Shown here: one piece after another, positions 52,501 to 64,000 of the stretch
Position numbering within the stretch: the first letter of the stretch is position 1
How the letters are laid out: the number at the start of each line of letters is the position of its first letter
NCBI RefSeq assembly: GCF_006345805.1
Contig: NC_043023.1
Location: 16,616,001-16,680,000, forward strand
Direction: 5' to 3'
DNA length: 64,000 nucleotides
Origin: Octopus sinensis
Taxonomy: Eukaryota
The notes under the pieces: model-generated
The model's input: the letters and a program-made list of their open reading frames with translations, nothing else
Told to the model about the DNA's origin: nothing
The model's database searches: none
Program-made: the position numbers and the translations under genes

Positions 52501-55500
52501 AGCATATCTAGTATCCTGTTGGCGGTCTTGATATTTCTTCGCTCTCTGTTTCAGGAGAAATTAACAAATGCACAAACGAACCTATCCAATTTGAAAACCA
52601 TTTAGCTGTTATTTCTAGCATATCTAGTTTCCTGTTGGCGGTCTTGATATTTCTTCGCTCTCTGTTTCAGGAGAAATTAACAAATGCACAAACGAACCTA
52701 TCCATTTGAAAACCATTTAGCTGTTATTTCTAGCATATCTAGTTTCCTGTTGGCGGTCTTGATATTTCTTCGCTCTCTGTTTCAGGAGAAATTAACAAAT
52801 GCACAAACGAACCTATCCAATTTGAAAACCATTTAGCTGTTATTTCTAGCATATCTAGTTTCCTGTTGGCGGTCTTGATATTTCTTCGCTCTCTGTTTCA
52901 GGAGAAATTAACAAATGCACAAACGAACCTATCCAATTTGAAAACCATTTAGCTGTTATTTCTAGCATATCTAGTTTCCTGTTGGCGGTCTTGATATTTC
53001 TTCGCTCTCTGTTTCAGGAGAAATTAACAAATGCACAAACGAACCTATCCAATTTGAAAACCATTTAGCTGTTATTTCTAGCATATCTAGTTTCCTGTTG
53101 GCGGTCTTGATATTTCTTCGCTCTCTGTTTCAGGAGAAATTAACAAATGCACAAACGAACCTATCCAATTTGAAAACCATTTAGCTGTTATTTCTAGCAT
53201 ATCTAGTTTCCTGTTGGCGGTCTTGATATTTCTTCTTCGCTCTCTGTCAGGAGAAATTAACAAATGCACAAACGAACCTATCCAATTTGAAAACCATTTA
53301 GCTGTTATTTCTAGCATATCTAGTTTCCTGTTGGCGGTCTTGATATTTCTTCGCTCTCTGTTTCAGGAGAAATTAACAAATGCACAAACGAACCTATCCA
53401 ATTTGAAAACCATTTAGCTGTTATTTCTAGCATATCTAGTTTCCTGTTGGCGGTCTTGATATTTCTTCGCTCTCTGTTTCAGGAGAAATAAACAATGCAT
53501 AAACGAACCTATCCAATTTGAAAACCATTTTGCTGTTATTTCTAGCATATCTAGTTTCCTGTTGGCGGTCTTGATATTTCTTCGCTCTCTGTTTCAGGAG
53601 AAATAAACGAACCTATCCAATTTGAAAACCATTTAGCTGTTATTTCTAGCATATCTAGTTTCCTGTTGGCGGTCTTGATATTTCTTCGCTCTCTGTTTCA
53701 GGAGAAATTAACAAATGCACAAACGAACCTATCCAATTTGAAAACCATTTAGCTGTTATTTCTAGCATATCTAGTTTCCTGTTGGCGGTCTTGATATTTC
53801 TTCGCTCTCTGTTTCAGGAGAAATTAACAAATGCACAAACGAACCTATCCAATTTGAAAACCATTTAGCTGTTATTTCTAGCATATCTAGTTTCCTGTTG
53901 GCGGTCTTGATATTTCTTCGCTCTCTGTTTCAGGAGAAATTAACAAATGCACAAACGAACCTATCCAATTTGAAAACCATTTAGCTGTTATTTCTAGCAT
54001 ATCTAGTTTCCTGTTGGCGGTCTTGATATTTCTTCGCTCTCTGTTTCAGGAGAATTAACAAATGCACAAACGAACCTATCCAATTTGAAAACCATTTAGC
54101 TGTTATTTCTAGCATATCTAGTTTCCTGTTGGCGGTCTTGATATTTCTTCGCTCTCTGTTTCAGGAGAAATTAACAAATGCACAAACGAACCTATCCAAT
54201 TTGAAAACCATTTAGCTGTTATTTCTAGCATATCTAGTTTCCTGTTGGCGGTCTTGATATTTCTTCGCTCTCTGTTTCAGGAGAAATTAACAAATGCACA
54301 AACGAACCTATCCAATTTGAAAACCATTTAGCTGTTATTTCTAGCATATCTAGTTTCCTGTTGGCGGTCTTGATATTTCTTCGCTCTCTGTTTCAGGAGA
54401 AATAAACAAATGCATAAACGAACCTATCCAATTTGAAAACCATTTAGCTGTATTTCTAGCATATCTAGTTTCCTGTTGGCGGTCTTGATTTCTTCTCTCG
54501 CTCTCTGTTTCAGGAGAAATTAACAAATGCACAAACGAACCTATCCAATTTGAAAACCATTTAGCTGTTATTTCTAGCATATCTAGTTTCCTGTTGGCGG
54601 TCTTGATATTTCTTCGCTCTCTGTTTCAGGAGAAATAAACAATGCATAAACGAACCTATCCAATTTGAAAACCATTTAGCTGTTATTTCTAGCATATCTA
54701 GTTTCCTGTTGGCGGTCTTGATATTTCTTCGCTCTCTGTTTCAGGAGAAATTAACAAATGCACAAACGAACCTATCCAATTTGAAAACCATTTAGCTGTT
54801 ATTTCTAGCATATCTAGTTTCCTGTTGGCGGTCTTGATATTTCTTCGCTCTCTGTTTCAGGAGAAATAAACAAATGCATAAACGAACCTATCCAATTTGA
54901 AAACCATTTAGCTGTTATTTCTAGCATATCTAGTTTCTGTTGGCGGTCTTGATATTTCTTCGCTCTCTGTTTCAGGAGAAATTAACAAATGCACAAACGA
55001 ACCTATCCAATTTGAAAACCATTTAGCTGTTATTTCTAGCATATCTAGTTTCCTGTTGGCGGTCTTGATATTTCTTCGCTCTCTGTTTCAGGAGAAATAA
55101 ACAAATGCATAAACGAACCTATCCAATTTGAAAACCATTTAGCTGTTATTTCTAGCATATCTAGTTTCCTGTTGGCGGTCTTGATATTTCTTCGCTCTCT
55201 GTTTCAGGAGAAATTAACAAATGCACAAACGAACCTATCCAATTTGAAAACCATTTAGCTGTTATTTCTAGCATATCTAGTTTCCTGTCGGCGGTCTTGA
55301 TATTTCTTCGCTCTCTGTTTCAGGAGAAATAAACAAATGCATAAACGAACCTATCCAATTTGAAAACCATTTAGCTGTTATTTCTAGCATATCTAGTTTC
55401 CTGTTGGCGGTCTTGATATTTCTTCGCTCTCTGTTTCAGGAGAAATAAACGAACCTATCCAATTTGAAAACCATTTAGCTGTTATTTCTAGCATATCTAG

Positions 55501-58500
55501 TTTCCTGTTGGCGGTCTTGATATTTCTTCGCTCTCTGTTTCAGGAGAAATAAACAAATGCATAAACGAACCTATCCAATTTGAAAACCATTTAGCTGTTA
55601 TTTCTAGCATATCTAGTTTCCTGTTGGCGGTCTTGATATTTCTTCGCTCTCTGTTTCAGGAGAAATAAACGAACCTATCCAATTTGAAAACCATTTTGCT
55701 GTTATTTCTAGCATATCTAGTTTCCTGTTGGCGGTCTTGATATTTCTTCGCTCTCTGTTTCAGGAGAAATAAACAAATGCATAAACGAACCTATCCAATT
55801 TGAAAACCATTTAGCTGTTATTTCTAGCATATCTAGTTTCCTGTTGGCGGTCTTGATATTTCTTCGCTCTCTGTTTCAGGAGAAATAAAGGAACCTATCC
55901 AATTTGAAAACCATTTAGCTGTATTTCTAGCATATCTAGTTTCCTGTTGGCGGTCTTGATATTTCTTCTTCGCTCTCTGTTTCAGGAGAAATAAACAAAT
56001 GCATAAACGAACCTATCCAATTTGAAAACCATTTAGCTGTTATTTCTAGCATATCTAGTTTCCTGTTGGCGGTCTTGATATTTCTTCGCTCTCTGTTTCA
56101 GGAGAAATAAACGAACCTATCCAATTTGAAAACCATTTTGCTGTTATTTCTAGCATATCTAGTTTCCTGTTGGCGGTCTTGATATTTCTTCGCTCTCTGT
56201 TTCAGGAGAAATAAACAAATGCATAAACGAACCTATCCAATTTGAAAACCATTTTGCTGTTATTTCTAGCATATCTAGTTTCCTGTTGGCGGTCTTGATA
56301 TTTCTTCGCTCTCTGTTTCAGGAGAAATAAACGAACCTATCCAATTTGAAAACCATTTAGCTGTTATTTCTAGCATATCTAGTTTCCTGTTGGCGGTCTT
56401 GATATTTCTTCGCTCTCTGTTTCAGGAGAAATAAACAAATGCATAAACGAACCTATCCAATTTGAAAACCATTTAGCTGTTATTTCTAGCATATCTAGTT
56501 TCCTGTTGGCGGTCTTGATATTTCTTCGCTCTCTGTTTCAGGAGAAATAAACAAATGCATAAACGAACCTATCCAATTTGAAAACCATTTTGCTGTTATT
56601 TCTAGCATATCTAGTTTCCTGTTGGCGGTCTTGATATTTCTTCGCTCTCTGTTTCAGGAGAAATAAACAAATGCACAAACGAACCTATCCAATTTGAAAA
56701 CCATTTTGCTGTTATTTCTAGCATATCTAGTTTCCTGTTGGCGGTCTTGATATTTCTTCGCTCTCTGTTTCAGGAGAAATACAAATGCATAAACGAACCT
56801 ATCCAATTTGAAAACCATTTTGCTGTTATTTCTAGCATATCTAGTTTCCTGTTGGCGGTCTTGATATTTCTTCGCTCTCTGTTTCAGGAGAAATTAACAA
56901 ATGCACAAACGAACCTATCCAATTTGAAAACCATTTTGCTGTTATTTCTAGCATATCTAGTTTCCTGTTGGCGGTCTTGATATTTCTTCGCTCTCTGTTT
57001 CAGGAGAAATAAACAAATGCATAAACGAACCTATCCAATTTGAAAACCATTTAGCTGTTATTTCTAGCAAATCTAGTATCCTGTTGGCGGTCTTGATATT
57101 TCTTCGCTCTCTGTTTCAGGAGAGAAATAACAAATGCATAAACGAACCTATCCAATTTGAAAACCATTTAGCTGTTATTTCTAGCAAATCTAGTATCCTG
57201 TTGGCGGTCTTGATATTTCTTCGCTCTCTGTTTCAGGAGAAATAAACAAATGCATAAACGAACCTATCCAATTTGAAAACCATTTAGCTGTTATTTCTAG
57301 CATATCTAGTATCCTGTCGGCGGTCTTGATATTTCTTCGCTCTCTGTTTCAGGAGAGAAATAAACAAATGCATAAACGAACCTATCCAATTTGAAAACCA
57401 TTTTGCTGTTATTTCTAGCATATCTAGTTTCCTGTGGCGGTCTTGATATTTCTTCGCTCTCTGTTTCAGGAGAAATAAACAAATGCACAAACGAACCTAT
57501 CCAATTTGAAAACCATTTAGCTGTTATTTCTAGCATATCTAGTTTCCTGTTGGCGGTCTTGATATTTCTTCGCTCTCTGTTTCAGGAGAAATAAACAAAT
57601 GCATAAACGAACCTATCCAATTTGAAAACCATTTAGCTGTTATTTCTAGCATATCTAGTTTCCTGTTGGCGGTCTTGATATTTCTTCGCTCTCTGTTTCA
57701 GGAGAAATAAACAAATGCATACACAAACCTATCCAATTTGAAAACCATTTTGCTGTTATTTCTAGCATATCTAGTTTCCTGTTGGCGGTCTTGATATTTC
57801 TTCGCTCTCTGTTTCAGGAGAAATAAACAAATGCATAAACGAACCTATCCAATTTGAAAACCATTTAGCTGTTATTTCTAGCATATCTAGTTCCTGTTGG
57901 CGGTCTTGATATTTCTTCGCTCTCTGTTTCAGGAGAAATAAACAAATGCATAAACGAACCTATCCAATTTGAAAACCATTTAGCTGTTATTTCTAGCATA
58001 TCTAGTTCCTGTTGGCGGTCTTGATATTTCTTCGCTCTCTGTTTCAGGAGAAATAAACAAATGCATACACAAACCTATCCAATTTGAAAACCATTAGCTG
58101 TTATTTCTAGCATATCTAGTTTCCTGTTGGCGGTCTTGATATTTCTTCGCTCTCTGTTTCAGGAGAAATAAACAAATGCATACACAAACCTATCCAATTT
58201 GAAAACCATTTTGCTGTTATTTCTAGCAAATCTAGTATCCTGTTGGCGGTCTTGATATTTCTTCGCTCTCTGTTTCAGGAGAAATTAACAAATGCATAAA
58301 CGAACCTATCCAATTTGAAAACCATTTAGCTGTTATTTCTAGCAAATCTAGTATCCTGTTGGGGGTCTTGATATTTCTTCGCTCTCTGTTTCAGGAGAAA
58401 TTAACAAATGCATAAACGAACCTATCCAATTTGAAAACCATTTTGCTGTTATTTCTAGCATATCTAGTTTCCTGTCGGCGGTCTTGATATTTCTTCGCTC

Positions 58501-61500
58501 TCTGTTTCAGGAGAAATAAACAAATGCATAAACGAACCTATCCAATTTGAAAACCATTTTGCTGTTATTTCTAGCATATCTAGTTTCCTGTTGGGGGTCT
58601 TGATTTCTTCGCTCTCTGTTTCAGGAGAAATTAACAAATGCATAAACGAACCTATCCAATTTGAAAACCATTTAGCTGTTATTTCTAGCATATCTAGTTT
58701 CCTGTTGGGGGTCTTGATATTTCTTCGCTCTCTGTTTCAGGAGAAATAAACAAATGCATAAACGAACCTATCCAATTTGAAAACCATTTTGCTGTTATTT
58801 CTAGCATATCTAGTATCCTGTTGGCGGTCTTGATATTTCTTCGCTCTCTGTTCAGGAGAAATAAACAAATGCATAAACGAACCTATCCAATTTGAAAACC
58901 ATTTTGCTGTTTTTCTAGCATATCTAGTTTCCTGTTGGCGGTCTTGATATTTCTTCGCTCTCTGTTTCAGGAGAAATTAACAAATGCATAAACGAACCTA
59001 TCCAATTTGAAAACCATTTAGCTGTTATTTCTAGCATATCTAGTTTCTGTTGGCGGTCTTGATATTTCTTCGCTCTCTGATTCAGGAGAAATAAACAAAT
59101 GCACAAACGAACCTATCCAATTTGAAAACCATTTTGCTGTTATTTCTAGCATATCTAGTTTCCTGTCGGCGGTCTTGATATTTCTTCGCTCTCTGATTCA
59201 GGAGAAATAAACAAATGCATAAACGAACCTATCCAATTTGAAAACCATTTGCTGTTATTTCTAGCATATCTTAGTTTCCTGTCGGCGGCTTGATATTTCT
59301 TCGCTCTCTGATTCAGGAGAAATAAACAAATGCATAAACGAACCTATCCAATTTGAAAACCATTTTGCTGTTATTTCTAGCATATCTAGTTTCCTGTCGG
59401 CGGTCTTGATATTTCTTCGCTCTCTGATTCAGAGAGAGAAATAAAAAATGCATAAACGAACCTATCCAATTTGAAAACCATTTTGCTGTTATTTCTAGCA
59501 TATCTAGTTTCCTGTCGGCGGTCTTGATATTTCTTCGCTCTCTGTTTCAGGAGAAATAAACAAATGCATAAACGAACCTATCCAATTTGAAAACCATTTT
59601 GCTGTTATTTCTAGCATATCTAGTTTCCTGTTGGCGGTCTTGATATTTCTTCGCTCTCTGTTTCAGGAGAAATAAACAATGCATAAACGAACCTATCCAA
59701 TTTGAAAACCATTTAGCTGTTATTTCTAGCATATCTAGTTCCTGTCGGCGGTCTTGATATTTCTTCGCTCTCTGTTTCAGGAGAAATAAACAAATGCATA
59801 AACGAACCTATCCAATTTGAAAACCATTTTGCTGTTATTTCTAGCATATCTAGTTTCCTGTTGGCGGTCTTGATATTTCTTCGCTCTCTGTTTCAGGAGA
59901 AATAAACAAATGCATAAACGAACCTATCCAATTTGAAAACCATTTTGCTGTTATTTCTAGCATATCTAGTTTCCTGTTGGCGGTCTTGATATTTCTTCGC
60001 TCTCTGTTTCAGGAGAAATAAACAAATGCATAAACGAACCTATCCAATTTGAAAACCATTTTGCTGTTATTTCTAGCATATCTAGTTTCCTGTTGGCGGT
60101 CTTGATATTCTTCGCTCTCTGTTTCAGGAGAAATAAACAAATGCATAAACGAACCTATCCAATTTGAAAACCATTTAGCTGTTATTTCTAGCATATCTAG
60201 TTTCCTGTTGGCGGTCTTGATATTTCTTCGCTCTCTGTTTCAGGAGAAATTAACAAATGCATAAACGAACCTATCCAATTTGAAAACCATTTAGCTGTTA
60301 TTTCTAGCAAATCTAGTATCCTGTTGGCGCGTTGATATTTCTCGCTCTCTGTGTTTCAGGAGAAATAAACAAATGCACAAACGAACCTTATCCAATTGAA
60401 AACCATTTAGCTGTTATAGCATTCTCTATCTAGTTTCGCTGTTGCGGTCTTGATATTTCTTCGCTCTCTGTTTCAGGAGAAATAAACAAATGCATAAACG
60501 AACCTATCCAATTTGAAAACCTGTTATTTAGCTAGCTATATAGCTATCCTGTTGGGGGTCTTGATATTTCTTCGCTCTCTGTTGTCAGGAGAATAAATAA
60601 ACACATATACAACGAAACCTATCCAATTTGAAAACCATTTAGCTGTTATTTCTAGCATATCTAGTTTCCTGTTGGCGGTCTTGATTTCTTCGCTCTCTGT
60701 TTCAGGAGAAATTAACAAATGCACAAACGAACCTATCCAATTTGAAAAACCATTGTGTATTTCTAGCATATCTAGTTTCCTGTTGGCGGTCTGATATTTC
60801 TTCGCTCTCTGTTTCAGGAGAAATAAACAAATGCATAAACGAACCTATCCAATTTGAAAACCATTTAGCTGTTATTTCTAGCATATCTAGTATCCTGTTG
60901 GGGGTCTTGATATTTCTTCGCTCTCTGTTTCAGGAGAAATAAACAAATGCATAAACGAACCTATCCAATTTGAAAACCATTTAGCTGTTATTTCTAGCAT
61001 ATCTAGTATCCTGTTGGGGGTCTTGATATTTCTTCGCTCTCTGTTTCAGGGAAAAAAACAAATGCATAAACGAACCTATCCAATTTGAAAACCATTTAGC
61101 TGTTATTTCTAGCATATCTAGTTTCCTGTTGGCGGTCTTGATATTTCTTCGCTCTCTGTTTCAGGAGAAATTAACAAATGCACAAACGAACCTATCCAAT
61201 TTGAAAACCATTTAGCTGTTATTCTAGCATATCTAGTTTCTGTTGGCGGTCTTGTCTTGATATTTCTTCGCTCCCTGTTTCAGGAGAAATAAACAAATGC
61301 ACAAACGAAACGAAAATTGGAAAACCATTTACCATTTTTCTAGCAATCTAGCTTTTCCTGTCGGCGGTCTGATATTTCTTCGCTCTCTGTTCAGGAGAAA
61401 TAAACAAATGCATAAACGAACCTACCAATTTGAAAACCATTTTGCTGTTATTTCTAGCATATCTAGTTTCCTGTTGGCGGTCTTGATATTTCTTCGCTCT

Positions 61501-64000
61501 CTGTTTCAGGAGAAATAAACAAATGCATAAACGAACCTATCCAATTTGAAAACCATTTTGCTGTTATTTCTAGCATATCTAGTTTCTGTTGGCGGTCTTG
61601 ATATTCTTCGCTCTCTGTTTCAGGAGAAATAAACAAATGCATAAACGAACCTATCCAATTTGAAAACCATTTAGCTGTTATTTCTAGCATTCTAGTATCC
61701 TGTTGGGGGTCTTGATATTTCTTCGCTCTCTGTTTCGAGGAGAAATAAACAAATGCATAAACGAACCTATCCAATTTGAAAACCATTTTGCTGTTATTTC
61801 TAGCATATCTAGTATACTGTTGGGGGTCTTGATATTTCTTCGCTCTCTGTTTCAGGAGAAATAAACAAATGCATAAACGAACCTATCCAATTTGAAAACC
61901 ATTTAGCTGTTATTTCTAGCATATCTAGTATCCTGTTGGGGGTCTTGATATTTCTTCGCTCTCTGTTTCAGGAGAAATAACAAATGCATAAACGAACCTA
62001 TCCAATTTGAAAACCATTTAGCTGTTATTTCTAGCATATCTAGTATCCTGTGGGGGTCTTGATATTTCTTCGCTCTCTGTTTCAGGAGAAATTAACAAAT
62101 GCATAAACGAACCTATCCAATTTGAAAACCATTTTGCTGTTATTTCTAGCATATAGTTTCCTGTTGGGGGTCTTGATATTTCTTCGCTCTCTGTTTCAGG
62201 AGAGAAATAAACAAATGCATACACAAACCTATCCAATTTGAAAACCATTTAGCTGTTATTTCTAGCAAATCTAGTATCCTGTTGGGGGTCTTGATATTTC
62301 TTCGCTCTCTGTTTCAGGAGAAATAAACAAATGCACAAACGAACCTATCCAATTTGAAAACCATTTAGCTGTTATTTCTAGCAAATCTAGTATCCTGTTG
62401 GGGGTCTTGATATTTCTTCGCTCTCTGTTTCAGGAGAAATAAACAAATGCACAAACGAACCTATCCAATTTGAAAACCATTTAGCTGTTATTTCTAGCAA
62501 ATCTAGTATCCTGTTGGGGGTCTGATATTTCTTCGCTCTCTGTTTCAGGAGAATAAACAAATGCACAAACGAACCTATCCAATTTGAAAACCATTTAGCT
62601 GTTATTTCTAGCAAATCTAGTATCTGTTGGGGGTCTTGATATTTCTTCGCTCTCTGTTTCAGGAGAAATTAACAAATGCACAAACGAACCTACCAATTTG
62701 AAAACCATTTAGCTGTTATTTCTAGCAAATCTAGTATCCTGTTGGCGGTCTTGATATTTCTTCGCTCTCTGTTTCAGGAGAAATTAACAAATGCACAAAC
62801 GAACCTATCCAATTTGAAAACCATTTAGCTGTTATTTCTAGCATATCTAGTTTCCTGTTGGCGGTCTTGATATTTCTTCGCTCTCTGTTTCAGGAGAAAT
62901 TAACAAATGCACAAACGAACCTATCCAATTTGAAAACCATTTAGCTGTTATTTCTAGCAAATCTAGTATCCTGTTGGCGGTCTTGATATTCTTCGCTCTC
63001 TGTTCAGGAGAGAGAAATTAACAATGCACAAACGAACCTATCCAATTTGAAAACCATTTAGCTGTTATTTCTAGCATATCTAGTTTCCTGTTGGCGGTCT
63101 TGATATTTCTTCGCTCTCTGTTTCAGGAGAAATTAACAAATGCACAAACGAACCTATCCAATTTGAAAACCATTTAGCTGTTATTTCTAGCAAATCTAGT
63201 ATCCTGTTGGCGGTCTTGATATTTCTTCGCTCTCTGTTTCAGGAGAAATTAACAAATGCACAAACGAACCTATCCAATTTGAAAACCATTTAGCTGTTAT
63301 TTCTAGCATATCTAGTTTCCTGTGGCGGTCTTGATATTCTTCGCTCTCTGTTTCAGGAGAAATTAACAAATGCACAAACGAACCTATCCAATTTGAAAAA
63401 CCATTAGCTGTTATTTCTAGCAAATCTAGTATCCTGTTGGCGGTCTTGATATTTCTTCGCTCTCTGTTTCAGGAGAAATTAACAAATGCACAAACGACCT
63501 ATCCAATTTGAAAACCATTTAGCTGTTATTTCTAGCATATCTAGTTTCCTGTTGGCGGTCTTGATATTTCTTCGCTCTCTGTTTCAGGAGAAATTAACAA
63601 ATGCACAAACGAACCTATCCAATTTGAAAACCATTTAGCTGTTATTTCTAGCATATCTAGTTTCCTGTTGGCGGTCTTGATATTTCTTCGCTCTCTGTTT
63701 CAGGAGAAATTAACAAATGCACAAACGAACCTATCCAATTTGAAAACCATTTAGCTGTTATTTCTAGCAAATCTAGTATCCTGTTGGCGGTCTTGATATT
63801 TCTTCGCTCTCTGTTTCAGGAGAAATAACAAATGCACAAACGAACCTATCCAATTTGAAAACCATTTAGCTTTATTTCTAGCAAATCTAGTATCCTGTTG
63901 GCGGTCTTGATATTTCTTCGCTCTCTGTTTCAGGAGAAATTAACAAATGCACAAACGAACCTATCCAATTTGAAAACCATTTAGCTGTTATTTCTAGCAA
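49570..64000. repeat. 116-bp satellite, ~124 units, continuing past the window end
   Basis: Unit GTTGGCGGTCTTGATATTTCTTCGCTCTCTGTTTCAGGAGAAATAAACAAATGCATAAACGAACCTATCCAATTTGAAAACCATTTAGCTGTTATTTCTAGCATATCTAGTTTCCT; period checked at 52749, 52865 and 52981. Confidence 0.99.

Noticed and set aside
53087-63423. MLEITAKWFSNW ORFs on the minus strand
   Set aside because: Chance frames of the 116-bp satellite joined by indels.

Overview
Repeat-dense animal genomic DNA, almost certainly from an octopus or related coleoid cephalopod (inferred from the SINE families and the C2H2 zinc-finger gene style). About 90% is repeats: several tRNA-derived SINE families, a (GAT)n-tailed retroposon, three R4/Dong-type RLE non-LTR retrotransposons stacked in (TAA)n tracts (9.6-16.6 kb), RTE and CR1 fragments, non-autonomous Helitrons (often head-to-tail), piggyBac-, Tc1- and hAT-type MITEs, and three tandem arrays (189 bp at 4.8-6.3 kb, 63 bp at 27.0-31.6 kb, 116 bp from 49.6 kb to the end). 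Host coding content: one ~27-finger C2H2 gene (40455-42755, +, three 1-nt homopolymer frameshifts) and two mutually homologous phase 1-1 exons (995-1243 minus, 8074-8292 plus) encoding an Ig-like-looking domain. Main hunt result: six minimal type-I hammerhead ribozyme motifs in four unrelated repeat families, all on the minus strand and all with the short palindromic (dimer-type) stem III. They include a fully canonical one inside a foldback element (21598-21670) and one with a compensatory G3:C8 core swap (16873-16920). All structures were folded by eye and nothing was searched against databases; most repeat boundaries are approximate.
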